Positions 10,835-21,016 of a DNA stretch of 64,000 nt are shown in pieces. The stretch spans positions 110,718 through 174,717 of IMG/VR virus record IMGVR_UViG_3300028591_000002, one strand, 5' to 3'. The position numbers and the translations under genes were made by a program. The notes beneath the pieces are model-generated. The model saw nothing but the letters and a program-made list of their open reading frames with translations. It ran no database searches and was not told where the DNA came from. Numbering within the stretch: position 1 is the stretch's first letter; each line of letters opens with the position of its first letter. This DNA is from a virus. Its lineage: Duplodnaviria; Heunggongvirae; Uroviricota; Caudoviricetes.

Positions 10835-11287
10835 TTAATTATTTAAATTACAAGCGTTTTGTATACGTTGTATCATCTTATTTCTTGTATATAAAACACT
10901 AAAATCTGTTCTATCGTAACCTCTACCAATAAATAGATAATCATTTGATTCAGTAGCCTCTTTTATGGCATTAATTACATTATCATGCATGTTTTTATAA
11001 CTACTTTCTTGAAGATAGCTATTATGAAGTAAAGCTAATTGTGTAATTAAATCTGCTTCCTGTGTGGAAGTAATTTGAACAACATCAATCTCATAATCTC
11101 CACTTCCAAAACCAAATAAATCTTCTTCTATTCCAGAATTAATTATAAGAGGTTCATATCTAGTTAAAAGAGCACATTTAGCCGTTTCTTCATACTTAGA
11201 ACATTCTGTCTTGTCTTTAAATTCTGTTCCATCGGATGCAATCCAAACTGAATATTTTTCTGTTCTTTCTCTAGTTTCTTGTTTCAT
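10835..11287 (-). CDS. hypothetical protein
   Basis: 150 aa ORF. Confidence 0.45.
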   Translation of the reverse strand: MKQETRERTEKYSVWIASDGTEFKDKTECSKYEETAKCALLTRYEPLIINSGIEEDLFGFGSGDYEIDVVQITSTQEADLITQLALLHNSYLQESSYKNMHDNVINAIKEATESNDYLFIGRGYDRTDFSVLYTRNKMIQRIQNACNLNN

Positions 11288-11431
11288 GTTCTTTCATTTT
11301 TTCACAAATTTCGAAGCCTCTTTCAAAACCTTTTTGATAGGCATCTACAATAAGATTTCCTGCTTTTGTTAGAATTTCTTCTAAATCTACTCCAACAGTT
11401 TCTTTAATAATTTTTCTTACTTCTTCTTCAT

Positions 11432-11803
11432 TCATGGTTCAATCCAATAATCTTCAGTTTTTAATTTATCTAAAATATTATATTTATAGGCAAATTTTAC
11501 GAATTCATCTTTAGATTTAAATTTAATGCTTTCATAATATATCCAATTATTGCTTCCAAAAATTTTTACAAAGGTAGATAATTCTGAAGGAAGGATTCTA
11601 TAATATAAACTTCCATAGTAACTATCAGAATTTGATACTTTAGATTGAGTAGTTTCTATAAATTTCCATTGAAGTTTATTAGATTTTTTCTTAAGATTAT
11701 ATTCACATATTGGATATATTATAATAAAAGATAAAAGTCCAACCCCTCCTAAAAGAATACCTATACTAAACATAAAAACAATAATATATTCAAATATACT
11801 CAT
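11432..11803 (-). CDS. hypothetical membrane protein
   Basis: N-terminal TM helix. Confidence 0.45.
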   Translation of the reverse strand: MSIFEYIIVFMFSIGILLGGVGLLSFIIIYPICEYNLKKKSNKLQWKFIETTQSKVSNSDSYYGSLYYRILPSELSTFVKIFGSNNWIYYESIKFKSKDEFVKFAYKYNILDKLKTEDYWIEP

Positions 11804-11805
11804 AG

Positions 11806-12612
11806 TTATTTAGTAATTTTAAATTCATAATAATCACCTATATACCTACCAGTAACATGAACTATTGTTCCTATAGGTAACTTCCATTTACGCATTTTAC
11901 GTTTTAATGCTTTAATAGTTTTAACAAATGCTGTATTAGAACCCCAGTCAGAGATTACATATTCATCACTAAAATCCCATGTACCGAGATCTTCATGATA
12001 AGTTAAATATAATACTCCTATAGAAGGAGGTGTTATTTGAACCCACCAACTCTTACAATAGGCAGGTCGATTATAAAATCTAACAGGATGTTTAGTACAT
12101 TTGAAATGTTTACCAACTTCATATTTAGCATCTGTAATCGGAGAATTAAATACTTCTCCTCTTTTAATTCGCATGTAACTAGAGTTTTCATTTTCTGGAA
12201 AGGTTACTACTCCATCTACAACCTTAAAATCGTCTTCTGACATCCACCAATAAGGTCCAGAATATTCTAAAGCAGGTACCCCACCACGTTTCATTACTAT
12301 TTCATATGCCTTATCAATAGATTCTTGGTCTTTATGACCATACCTAAGCATAAGTTCTTTTTGAATATAATCAAAAGGACAATTACGAATAACGTAAGCA
12401 TCGATATAGTAAGGAAATGAAGCTATTGGATGGGATTTCCAATCTTCTGGATCCCAACCAGTAATTAAATATTTAGTCATAGATTCTTGTTTTCCATATT
12501 TATCTGTAAATAATGGTTGTTTTTCACACCATTCTTTAAACTCTAAATACTTTTCGTAAGAATCTACATAAATTCTATCAAGTGCTGCCATTGTCTTTAA
12601 TTTTAAAACCAA
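11806..12612 (-). CDS. hypothetical protein
   Basis: 268 aa ORF. Confidence 0.5.
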   Translation of the reverse strand: MVLKLKTMAALDRIYVDSYEKYLEFKEWCEKQPLFTDKYGKQESMTKYLITGWDPEDWKSHPIASFPYYIDAYVIRNCPFDYIQKELMLRYGHKDQESIDKAYEIVMKRGGVPALEYSGPYWWMSEDDFKVVDGVVTFPENENSSYMRIKRGEVFNSPITDAKYEVGKHFKCTKHPVRFYNRPAYCKSWWVQITPPSIGVLYLTYHEDLGTWDFSDEYVISDWGSNTAFVKTIKALKRKMRKWKLPIGTIVHVTGRYIGDYYEFKITK

Positions 12613-13069
12613 ATGGAACTTTTCCTACAATAATTGATTCCCAATGTTTTTTTACATCTGGATGCGGTTCGATTGTATTGTCTTCTAAACGTTTTTCAGC
12701 AATTTTCTGCAATTCCTTAAACTGTTCAGAAGTAATTGTTTTATCAAAATAGTTTTTATATTGAGGATATAATAATAAATCATAGTCTAAAAGTTTAAGA
12801 CCTAATTTATTATTTTTAAAATTCCAATTTTTAATAAATAACCACATAGCACTAGAAGCTTGCCAAGTAGTAATACCTAAAGTATTAGAAATTAAGTAAC
12901 CTCCAGCAAGGGCCATATAAGTTGTAGCATAGCAACATAAGTTATAAGAATCTGCTTTTTCTAATAGTTCTTCAGCAAATTCCGCAAGTTCTTCAGGACT
13001 TTTAATACTTTTTGCTCTTTTTTCCCACTCTTTTTGAGTCTTTAATAATTTTTCAGAATATTCATTCAT
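12578..13069 (-). CDS. hypothetical protein
   Basis: 163 aa ORF. Confidence 0.45.
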   Translation of the reverse strand: MNEYSEKLLKTQKEWEKRAKSIKSPEELAEFAEELLEKADSYNLCCYATTYMALAGGYLISNTLGITTWQASSAMWLFIKNWNFKNNKLGLKLLDYDLLLYPQYKNYFDKTITSEQFKELQKIAEKRLEDNTIEPHPDVKKHWESIIVGKVPFGFKIKDNGST

Positions 13070-13247
13070 CTATTTTAACAAAATTCAAAATAATTTCTCC
13101 AGCTTGATTATAGCCAGATTCCTTGAGATTATCAAAACGTTCCTTAATTCTTCCTAAGGAAATATCTAACGCTTCTACCATATTACAGGTAGTAACCCTG
13201 CCTTTTGAATCTTCTACAGGGATTGTTAATACTGCTACTATATTCAT
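13062..13247 (-). CDS. hypothetical small protein
   Basis: 61 aa ORF. Confidence 0.35.
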   Translation of the reverse strand: MNIVAVLTIPVEDSKGRVTTCNMVEALDISLGRIKERFDNLKESGYNQAGEIILNFVKIDE

Positions 13248-13257
13248 ATTAAGATGA

Positions 13258-13446
13258 CTATTTTAAAATCTTTAAGATTAATTTAAAAGAATCTATTAAA
13301 TGATATAATTCTTTAGGAGATACTTCTCTTATTTCTGTGAAAGAAGTATTTCGTTCTTTACAAAAAGGACAAAAAATTCTTGGAGCATCACAATCAATAA
13401 TACTACCTAATTCACCACAGTCAATATGTTTGATTAGAACTTTCAT
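13258..13446 (-). CDS. small Cys-motif protein
   Basis: CPFCKERN motif. Confidence 0.35.
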   Translation of the reverse strand: MKVLIKHIDCGELGSIIDCDAPRIFCPFCKERNTSFTEIREVSPKELYHLIDSFKLILKILK

Positions 13447-13460
13447 ATTATTTTATAGAT

Positions 13461-13883
13461 TCATAATATATTATTTTCTTTCAACCAACAAATCATGTCA
13501 AATACAACATCAAGCAATTCTTCCTTTTCCCCAGTATTAATCATATCCTTAAATGAATACTGACCATCTTCATAATACTTATAATTACCATATGCTATTT
13601 GATGTACATCTATGTCTTCCGTAAGTTTATATTTACGAATACGTATTGTATATTTGAAGGTTCCAAATTTGTTTTCTGTTGTAAATTCACTTGGAAGTAA
13701 ATTAATTAGAGCAGCAAGACTCCAGCAAGGAATAGCAGTTTCATCTGCTGTAACTAATCCTTCATCAATATATTTAGACATTACTGGTAATGTGCCATTC
13801 ATTGCTAAGAACATATCTGCACTTTCAAGTGGTAATATTTCTTTTAATTTCGTGCTTTGTTCAAAATCTGTATATGCTTTCAT
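13461..13883 (-). CDS. hypothetical protein, paralog A
   Basis: MKAYTDFEQSTKLKEILPLESADM...; paralogous to 13880..14281. Confidence 0.5.
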   Translation of the reverse strand: MKAYTDFEQSTKLKEILPLESADMFLAMNGTLPVMSKYIDEGLVTADETAIPCWSLAALINLLPSEFTTENKFGTFKYTIRIRKYKLTEDIDVHQIAYGNYKYYEDGQYSFKDMINTGEKEELLDVVFDMICWLKENNIL

Positions 13884-14281
13884 AATTTATTATTTTCTTT
13901 TAGCCGAATTATCATTTCAAAATATGCGTCAACTGGATTAGATTCTACTACATCTAAACCTTCTTCTACACTACCTGTATCAAGATTATCATACCATACA
14001 TTAAAGTCAGTTTCACCCTTATCTATTCTAAGTCTAAGGGCATTTTTCTCTAATAGGTTCCCAATTACTACTGGTAATCTATCGTATAATGCTGCCTGAC
14101 TCCAACATGGAGTAATAGTAAGTTCACCACACACAGAGAATTTCTTTTTTGCTGATATATAATCTGTCATTATAACATTTTCACCACCACATCTTGCCAT
14201 ATCCGCACTTTCAAGTGGCAATATTTCAGCTAACTTCTTAGATTGTTCAATATCTGTATATGCTTTCATTTTTTTATACAC
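13880..14281 (-). CDS. hypothetical protein, paralog B
   Basis: MKAYTDIEQSKKLAEILPLESADM...; tandem duplicate of the previous gene. Confidence 0.5.
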   Translation of the reverse strand: MYKKMKAYTDIEQSKKLAEILPLESADMARCGGENVIMTDYISAKKKFSVCGELTITPCWSQAALYDRLPVVIGNLLEKNALRLRIDKGETDFNVWYDNLDTGSVEEGLDVVESNPVDAYFEMIIRLKENNKL

Positions 14282-14585
14282 TTAATCAAACTTACATTTA
14301 CATAAATTATAGTTTAACAAATTACAAAAACTAGATTTTCCTCTACAAGTTTTACATATCTCTTGTGGTAATCTAGCTTTTTGTTCTTCATGTAAACTAT
14401 CCAATCTCTTTTTTCTTTTTTTATCTTTTTTAGCACTCACAATTCATCCTCTTTTATGTGCAAGACCAAGTTAACTATTTCGCTGAGAGTGAAACATAAA
14501 CCAACACTTGAAGAATCAGTATAAACTATAACTTTAACTTCTTCTTTTGATTCCATTAATTTATTGAATTCTTCTTGTGTCATAA

Positions 14586-14903
14586 CTATTCTCTTTTCTG
14601 TAGTTTAAGTCCAAGGTTAAAGAAATATTTGGCACATTCGAATAACTCTACATAAGGTTCATTTTCAAGGTCAATAAGATATAGATTATCACAATATTTA
14701 TCAAACTCTTTATTTAAATCAACTTCTTTCACTTCAAGAGAATTGACAAGCTCTTTAACCCAAGTTAATGCGTTAAGCCACATGAGAGTATCTCTATCGA
14801 CTCTTTCACCAACTTGCATCTTGTGTGTATTGGTAGGATGAAGTTCTTGCATTCTTTTATCTATCTCAGTTATAATTGTGGCTTTATCAATATAATGTTT
14901 CAT
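14586..14903 (-). CDS. hypothetical protein
   Basis: 105 aa ORF. Confidence 0.4.
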   Translation of the reverse strand: MKHYIDKATIITEIDKRMQELHPTNTHKMQVGERVDRDTLMWLNALTWVKELVNSLEVKEVDLNKEFDKYCDNLYLIDLENEPYVELFECAKYFFNLGLKLQKRE

Positions 14904-14906
14904 AAT

Positions 14907-15161
14907 TTAACTATTGCAAAAAGTAGAATGAAACCAATCTTGTGCTATATCTATAGCTTCTTCTGGAGTTTCAGCATGAAAATCTCGTAATGTATCTCCT
15001 TCAGAACAATGAATCCAGCTTACATGCCAAGCACAATCAAAGTGGTATAAATTAGGACTATATCCCCAATCATCACAGGTAGCATTACCAAAATCATTAA
15101 TATGTGGTAATGTTTTAAATTTATCCAAATGATTCATAATTTCCTTCATGTAGATGTTCAA
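14907..15161 (-). CDS. hypothetical protein
   Basis: 84 aa ORF. Confidence 0.4.
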   Translation of the reverse strand: MNIYMKEIMNHLDKFKTLPHINDFGNATCDDWGYSPNLYHFDCAWHVSWIHCSEGDTLRDFHAETPEEAIDIAQDWFHSTFCNS

Positions 15162-15287
15162 TATTATTTTCTACAGCCCAGTAAACCCAAGAATCTTTAA
15201 TATCTTGTGTTAGTTCTGACTTATGAATGGCAGGTGAAACTTCTCCCAACATTCCTTGTATATCTATTGTATATTCACACATAGCTT

Positions 15288-15491
15288 TCACATTTTAATA
15301 ATTGTCATTTTTGGGTTTTCTTTGTGCATTTTAATTGCCATTTCAGCTTCTTCAAATGTATCATAGAAACCAGTTGTGCAGGCATCTATATTTTCAAAAT
15401 TCCACCAAAATAAACCTAATATCTTTTTTTGAACTTCGTAATCTACTCGTCCATTAGGATATTCTCTTTTTAGTATTCTATATTTTGCCAT
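15288..15491 (-). CDS. hypothetical protein
   Basis: 67 aa ORF. Confidence 0.4.
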   Translation of the reverse strand: MAKYRILKREYPNGRVDYEVQKKILGLFWWNFENIDACTTGFYDTFEEAEMAIKMHKENPKMTIIKM

Positions 15492-15492
15492 A

Positions 15493-15876
15493 CTAAATTA
15501 AGTTTTCAAGTGCATACTTAAAAGAGGCTTCTGTAGCTTCTTCTTCAGTATTATAATGTTTAAAGTCTGAATGTTTATGTGTAGAATTCATTTCAATAAT
15601 TCTCCATTTGTAGGTTTTAGATTCTCCAAAATATTCATTGAAAAGATATAAATTGTAAGTATCTCTTAACCATTTACGAACCATTTGAAAAGTTGGAGCA
15701 GTACAATCCCATAAATAACCTTTACTACATAAAATATTTGTTATATATTGTTGAATTTGTGTAGTAAATAACTGACCATAACTTGTATAAGCAGCTCTAC
15801 ATTCCCCATTAAATCCTTTTTCTTTGAGCAGCTTGGCTATTTCAAAAGAGCAATAATCTTCTGTAATTGTTATCAT
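15493..15876 (-). CDS. hypothetical protein, paralog
   Basis: ITEDYCSFEIAKLLKEKGF... KYALENLI; paralog of 15878..16321. Confidence 0.5.
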   Translation of the reverse strand: MITITEDYCSFEIAKLLKEKGFNGECRAAYTSYGQLFTTQIQQYITNILCSKGYLWDCTAPTFQMVRKWLRDTYNLYLFNEYFGESKTYKWRIIEMNSTHKHSDFKHYNTEEEATEASFKYALENLI

Positions 15877-15877
15877 A

Positions 15878-16321
15878 TTAAATTAAATTCTTAAGCGCAT
15901 ATTTTAACCCCGCTTCAACTGCTTCTTCATAACCAAGATATAATTTGTTATCTACATAGCAATGTTTAGCATTTTTAGGAGTAACAACAAAAACTTGATA
16001 TTCAAATCGTTTTTGATTCCATATTGATACAATATCAATATTTACATTGTGTATTCTTCTCAGCCACTTCATAGCCATTTGATGGGTCGGCATTGAATAT
16101 TCATCAGGATATTTTTCATTATTACAAGTACCGCCATTACTACAAATATGATAAGACTCTGATTCTTTATACCAATCATAGAAATACTCACATTCTTCTG
16201 TAAATCCTTTTTCTTTCAACAGTTTTGCTACTTCATAAGATACGTAATCTTCAGTAATTTCATTCATTTTCCATTGCTTTACATAAATCATCAAGCTCGG
16301 ATTCAGTAAATATCCAACCAA
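15878..16321 (-). CDS. hypothetical protein, paralog
   Basis: ITEDYVSYEVAKLLKEKGF... KYALKNLI. Confidence 0.5.
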   Translation of the reverse strand: MVGYLLNPSLMIYVKQWKMNEITEDYVSYEVAKLLKEKGFTEECEYFYDWYKESESYHICSNGGTCNNEKYPDEYSMPTHQMAMKWLRRIHNVNIDIVSIWNQKRFEYQVFVVTPKNAKHCYVDNKLYLGYEEAVEAGLKYALKNLI

Positions 16322-16478
16322 AACAGTTAGACTTTAACCATTCACAAATCTTTTCTCTATCCCAAAGTCCTTCTTTTGGATGTTCATCTGCCCATTTAAT
16401 ACCTTCGAGAAATTCTTCGTTGGAAAACTCACCAGTTAATTTCCATGAAGCTTCTCTTATTTTTTCTTCTCTATCCAT
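16260..16478 (-). CDS. hypothetical protein
   Basis: 72 aa ORF. Confidence 0.4.
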   Translation of the reverse strand: MDREEKIREASWKLTGEFSNEEFLEGIKWADEHPKEGLWDREKICEWLKSNCFGWIFTESELDDLCKAMENE

Positions 16479-16810
16479 TTTTCATTTGCTGCTTTACGAA
16501 AATCTGTAACTAACTTAGCCATATTAAAACTTATGACATCAGAATACTGATTTTCTAAATAATTATTATGCTGTAATAACCATTTACAAGTATTGTCTAC
16601 AAAAATATCAAAAAGTTTTCGAAAAGGAGAAATATCAGATTTAAGTAAAATTTTAAAGTCCTTCTCCTTTTGTCGAATAACACCCGCTTTAAAACCCTTA
16701 GCAAAGGCAAGCTCTTGTGTATTATCTTCAAGGGCATCAACTGTTGCTGCACCTCTATCATTATAGCTTTTCCACTCTGCTGCGAGAGTTTCTTCAAATT
16801 CTTTATCCAT
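16457..16810 (-). CDS. hypothetical protein
   Basis: 117 aa ORF. Confidence 0.4.
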   Translation of the reverse strand: MDKEFEETLAAEWKSYNDRGAATVDALEDNTQELAFAKGFKAGVIRQKEKDFKILLKSDISPFRKLFDIFVDNTCKWLLQHNNYLENQYSDVISFNMAKLVTDFRKAANEKWIEKKK

Positions 16811-16919
16811 TACAGATTATGATTTTAATCTTATCACTTAAATTAATCGCTTTCCATAAGGAACAAAACAATAATAATACAGATAATATAGATTAAGATT
16901 TTAAGTATAATCATAACTA

Positions 16920-17201
16920 TTATCCTTTTATATAGTTTTTAAAGTCCTCAATAAGTTTATCAATGTCATAAGAATCCCCAAAGTGAAAATTCCTAATAAT
17001 ATAGCCATTAAGTAAATATTCAATACCACCACAAGCCTTGTCAATAAAGGCATCTGTACGAGTGTACTCAATATCTCTGTGAAAATCTAAGTGACTTTTA
17101 CTAAAAGATGCAAGTAAAATATTATCAGGTTCTCCAAATGAAGGAGTCATATAAATCTTCTCTGGTGCTTTGTTAGTAGTTGTAGTTTTAAGTTGGTTCA
17201 T
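16920..17201 (-). CDS. hypothetical protein
   Basis: 93 aa ORF. Confidence 0.4.
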   Translation of the reverse strand: MNQLKTTTTNKAPEKIYMTPSFGEPDNILLASFSKSHLDFHRDIEYTRTDAFIDKACGGIEYLLNGYIIRNFHFGDSYDIDKLIEDFKNYIKG

Positions 17202-17211
17202 AACTTTTCTT

Positions 17212-17652
17212 CTATTGTAATCTTTGTTTTTTTAAATTATACATTCCTTCTGGCGCTTCAATTGCTAAACCCTTTTCAATTAGTCCACGATAATCGAAGT
17301 AATGTTCATTGAGCCAATCAATAGAAACTTGATGTGATTTCCCAAAATAATAAGGAGCGAGTTCTTCTGCTTCATTTTCATCATCAATTTCGTTTAATTT
17401 ATCTAATTCTAAATTAAATAAATCTGCCCACTCTTCTCTTTCTTCCTCAGTCATACTTGACATCGGACGGAGATAGGGTTTAATTTCAGATATTCCAACA
17501 GTATAATTATCTGGAATATCTAGTTTAACTTCTTCATATAATGTTGAAATATAATCAATATTGTATATTTCATTATTATATTGTACTTTTACACCATAAG
17601 GCAATCTCGCATATAAGTCTATAAGCAATAATTTTTTATCTTCTTGTGTCAT
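17212..17652 (-). CDS. hypothetical protein
   Basis: 146 aa ORF. Confidence 0.45.
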   Translation of the reverse strand: MTQEDKKLLLIDLYARLPYGVKVQYNNEIYNIDYISTLYEEVKLDIPDNYTVGISEIKPYLRPMSSMTEEEREEWADLFNLELDKLNEIDDENEAEELAPYYFGKSHQVSIDWLNEHYFDYRGLIEKGLAIEAPEGMYNLKKQRLQ

Positions 17653-17654
17653 AG

Positions 17655-17879
17655 TTATTTTTCTTTGTCTAAATCCTTATAACTTAACGCATAGTCAATA
17701 CATTGTGATATTCCGACACTATTGATAAATGCCACAAGAACTCCATCAATTTGCTCTTTACTTGGCATATTATTTTTATCTATACCAGTAAGATGCTTAT
17801 TAATGCTGATGAAATTTGGCTTTTCTCTAAATTTTACAGCTTCCTTCGTAAGGAATTCTAATAATTCTCCTCTTGTCAT
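17655..17879 (-). CDS. hypothetical protein
   Basis: 74 aa ORF. Confidence 0.4.
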   Translation of the reverse strand: MTRGELLEFLTKEAVKFREKPNFISINKHLTGIDKNNMPSKEQIDGVLVAFINSVGISQCIDYALSYKDLDKEK

Positions 17880-17971
17880 AATTATTAAGCTATTCCAGAA
17901 ACAACTGCTATAACTCCAAAAAGATTAGACAAAATTCCAATTCTTGTTAATAAATATAATTCTAACATAAT

Positions 17972-18175
17972 TTAAAATAATAAATTATCTACTAAATCAA
18001 CAAAAAACGGCATACATGAAAAATAAGTCATAAGTATAACTGAAAGCCAAAAACCTTTCCAACCAATTGCTAAGGAAGATAACCAGACTCCTATAGAAAC
18101 AGGAGTAAAAATTATTGTCAAGATGATAATTGTTAATATAATAGCAATTATTCTTTCTCTTTTTTCTTTAACCAT
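17972..18175 (-). CDS. small membrane protein
   Basis: two predicted TM segments. Confidence 0.35.
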   Translation of the reverse strand: MVKEKRERIIAIILTIIILTIIFTPVSIGVWLSSLAIGWKGFWLSVILMTYFSCMPFFVDLVDNLLF

Positions 18176-18728
18176 TTCTATAATCTTTTAATTGTTTTTT
18201 AAATTCTTCTGTATTGGCAAAACCACAAGATTTAATCTCAGGACAGAATCCTCTATAAATGCAATGAGGAACCATCTTGCTTGCCATAATAGGGTCTATC
18301 TCATTGATAGCCTTCTTGACTTCTTGCCATGCTTCTTTGGTTTCTTTTGAAGCACAGTTACAAAGTCTTTTCTTGCTTACATTGATTAGTGCTTGAGCAT
18401 TAGCAGAAATATCCATATCATTCAATGAACCTTGTGGCAGTTCATCTCTTGGTATTTCAAGATGTCTTCTATCTTCTCTTTGAGTATGAACAAATGGTAT
18501 AAAACCTAACCAATGCCTTACAAGATGCACAGTAACCCATTGACGTATATTTGTTATGGAAATGTAGTAAATTACATTTCTAATTGGAGAATGCTCTGCA
18601 AGTAACATCTTGGATTTCCATTCATCCGTAGGTTGGGAATCTTTTGGACTAAGACCTACAGTTTTTAATGCTGCTCTTTTAGCCCATTCCCAACCTGATT
18701 GAAATTGTGCTTTTACTATTGGTTTCAT
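18168..18728 (-). CDS. hypothetical Cys-rich protein
   Basis: 186 aa, C-terminal CxxxGFCPEIKSCGF cluster. Confidence 0.5.
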   Translation of the reverse strand: MKPIVKAQFQSGWEWAKRAALKTVGLSPKDSQPTDEWKSKMLLAEHSPIRNVIYYISITNIRQWVTVHLVRHWLGFIPFVHTQREDRRHLEIPRDELPQGSLNDMDISANAQALINVSKKRLCNCASKETKEAWQEVKKAINEIDPIMASKMVPHCIYRGFCPEIKSCGFANTEEFKKQLKDYRNG

Positions 18729-18730
18729 AA

Positions 18731-18985
18731 TTATCCAAATAATAGTCTACCAATAATACTTATTAATACTACTATTCCAGTTGCTTGCCAATAAGTTAAA
18801 ATCGGAGCAGCTACCCAGAATATTGGAACTAACCAATTCCAAAGAGACATAAGAACCCAACCAAGAAAAAGTGCTACAGCCGCAAAAATTAATATAGTTA
18901 GCAAACAGGAGAAACATCCTTCTATTTTAATTGATGTTGTATTCATACCTTTAAGAGATTCTTTACATATTTGTTCGTAATCCAT
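18731..18985 (-). CDS. small membrane protein
   Basis: TM-rich 84 aa. Confidence 0.4.
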   Translation of the reverse strand: MDYEQICKESLKGMNTTSIKIEGCFSCLLTILIFAAVALFLGWVLMSLWNWLVPIFWVAAPILTYWQATGIVVLISIIGRLLFG

Positions 18986-19089
18986 ATTTCTGTTTTAATA
19001 AATAAAAAAGTTCTCGTACTGAGGCATAGAACATTATTATTACATATTCAATAAATAAGATTCCTGCCCATAATAATAAAATAAAGTTT

Positions 19090-19467
19090 TTAATCTTTTT
19101 CATTATCTATGATTTCTTTCATAAGTTTTCTTATTTCTTCAAGAGTATTTGGAATACCTACTTCTGAAAATTTATTAAATAAAGAATTGAAAGCTTGAAT
19201 TTTTCCTAATTCAACTCCTTTATTATACATATAAAGAAGTGTTTTTCCATTTGAAAAAAGTTTATCAGAGTTTTCCAAATTATAAGGTTTCATGTTATCT
19301 TCTCCAGCACGACCTATACTCGATACTACATCTTCATCTGGAAAATTGTTAACTAAACAGGTTACTTCATATACATATACCACTTCACCATACCAAGTAA
19401 TATCTTTTACTGTATAGATATTTCCCTTATACCTAAAGGTATCTCCCACTTTAAATTTTGGTTTCAT
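19090..19467 (-). CDS. hypothetical protein
   Basis: 125 aa ORF. Confidence 0.4.
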   Translation of the reverse strand: MKPKFKVGDTFRYKGNIYTVKDITWYGEVVYVYEVTCLVNNFPDEDVVSSIGRAGEDNMKPYNLENSDKLFSNGKTLLYMYNKGVELGKIQAFNSLFNKFSEVGIPNTLEEIRKLMKEIIDNEKD

Positions 19468-19651
19468 CTTCTCTAATAAATTTTACTGGTTTATCTTCTT
19501 CTATAAGTCCTTCTACTGGATAGACAGAATCATCTAATACATCGTAATCTTGAGGTTCAAATGTCGGGTCCATAGGATTTTTCTTACATAATGCAGAAGA
19601 ACCAGCTATATTAGCTAGCCATAAGATATCAGGAATTTGTTTAGTCATCAT
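19451..19651 (-). CDS. hypothetical protein
   Basis: 66 aa ORF. Confidence 0.35.
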   Translation of the reverse strand: MMTKQIPDILWLANIAGSSALCKKNPMDPTFEPQDYDVLDDSVYPVEGLIEEDKPVKFIREDETKI

Positions 19652-20051
19652 GCGATATAATTTTATTAGTTAAATACAATTTAGTACTTGCTACATCATT
19701 AGAATTATCTTCCCAATAGAGAGAAAATCTTGGTATAATAGCTTCTACTAAAATATTTCCCCCAAAAAAAGGATAGCCAACACATTCCTTATGAGAATGT
19801 ACTCCTTCTCCTTCTATATATCCTTTAAACAATGACCAAAACCAATGTCTTTTAGATTTAATAGTAGAATCTAATGTTACCTTTATATCCATATATGGGG
19901 TAGTGATATTACATTCCCCAGGCTTAAGGTATGCACTTCCATCTCTATTAAAATAAAGAACTTCCTTAAGGTTCTCTACATGTAACTCTTTATGAGTTAC
20001 AATAGATTTCCAAGCTATCTTTGGAAACCTATGTTTTTTTATTAAACACAT
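19641..20051 (-). CDS. hypothetical protein, paralog
   Basis: MCLIKKHRFPKIAWKSI... IPRFSLYWE... TKLYLT; paralog of 20054..20440. Confidence 0.5.
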   Translation of the reverse strand: MCLIKKHRFPKIAWKSIVTHKELHVENLKEVLYFNRDGSAYLKPGECNITTPYMDIKVTLDSTIKSKRHWFWSLFKGYIEGEGVHSHKECVGYPFFGGNILVEAIIPRFSLYWEDNSNDVASTKLYLTNKIISHDD

Positions 20052-20053
20052 AA

Positions 20054-20440
20054 CTATATTTTTTTATCGGTTAAATATAATTTAGTACTAGCAATTTCTG
20101 ACTTGTTAATATCTATACCTTCCCAATAAAGAGAAAATCTAGGAATTTTGGATTCTACTATATAATAACATCTATCAATATCAATATTACACGTATTTAA
20201 ATATTTTTTACACTCACGAGCGTCTTTGAAATTTCTATAAGAATGTATTCCTTCTCCAGATACAAAACAATCATCTAAGTTAGAATACCATTTCTTATTA
20301 GCTTTAATAGTAGAATTCAATTTTACTGAAGACCAAAAGAAGGGAGTATATAATTTTTTGTTAAAATATACTAATACTTTATAAACCTTAATTGGTTTCC
20401 AGGCTATTTTTGGAAACCTATGACTTTTAATTAAACACAT
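20054..20440 (-). CDS. hypothetical protein, paralog
   Basis: MCLIKSHRFPKIAWKPI... IPRFSLYWE. Confidence 0.5.
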   Translation of the reverse strand: MCLIKSHRFPKIAWKPIKVYKVLVYFNKKLYTPFFWSSVKLNSTIKANKKWYSNLDDCFVSGEGIHSYRNFKDARECKKYLNTCNIDIDRCYYIVESKIPRFSLYWEGIDINKSEIASTKLYLTDKKI

Positions 20441-20697
20441 TATTCTTGTACATCTTTACTTTCGGTGCTTTTAGCATCTTCATAATAATTCTTTAATATT
20501 CTCTCTAATTCAGAAACTCGATTTTTTAGTTTACAAATAGTTCGAGCATCATCACGTTTACCAGCAATATACTCTTGTAAATCCCAATCCAAATCTTTAT
20601 TAGATTCTCTTAACAGTTTTAAAGAGTTATACTGATAACAAAGAATACAAATTAGAAATACACAAAGTATTCCAAAAATTACACAAAGTGTTTCCAT
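20440..20697 (-). CDS. small membrane protein
   Basis: N-terminal TM helix. Confidence 0.4.
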   Translation of the reverse strand: METLCVIFGILCVFLICILCYQYNSLKLLRESNKDLDWDLQEYIAGKRDDARTICKLKNRVSELERILKNYYEDAKSTESKDVQE

Positions 20698-20698
20698 A

Positions 20699-21016
20699 TT
20701 ATATTATTGAATTTTTTAAATCTGTTTTATTGTTTTTATACTGCTCTATAAGCCAGTTTAAGAAATCCATTCTACCAGTGTTCCAAACTCCTGGATCCCA
20801 CCAATAAGGACACTCTTTATCAGCTCCAAATTTTAAAGCATTTTTACGAGTAAAAAGAGAAAATATATATTCAGGACGAACAATGATACCATAATCATCA
20901 AGAGCTTCTTGAATAGCATAACATAACCCAAACTCTTTATGTTCTTTGGCTTTCTTTAAAACATCTACTCTTGTAACAGTAGATTTACCAAAAAGTTTTT
21001 TTATAAATTTAAACAT
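20699..21016 (-). CDS. hypothetical protein
   Basis: 105 aa ORF. Confidence 0.4.
   Translation of the reverse strand: MFKFIKKLFGKSTVTRVDVLKKAKEHKEFGLCYAIQEALDDYGIIVRPEYIFSLFTRKNALKFGADKECPYWWDPGVWNTGRMDFLNWLIEQYKNNKTDLKNSII

Noticed and set aside
18168-18728. ThyX (flavin-dependent thymidylate synthase) call for ORF 18168..18728
   Set aside because: The RHRxxxxxxxxS signature is not present; only a vague VRHW segment. Left as a hypothetical Cys-rich protein.
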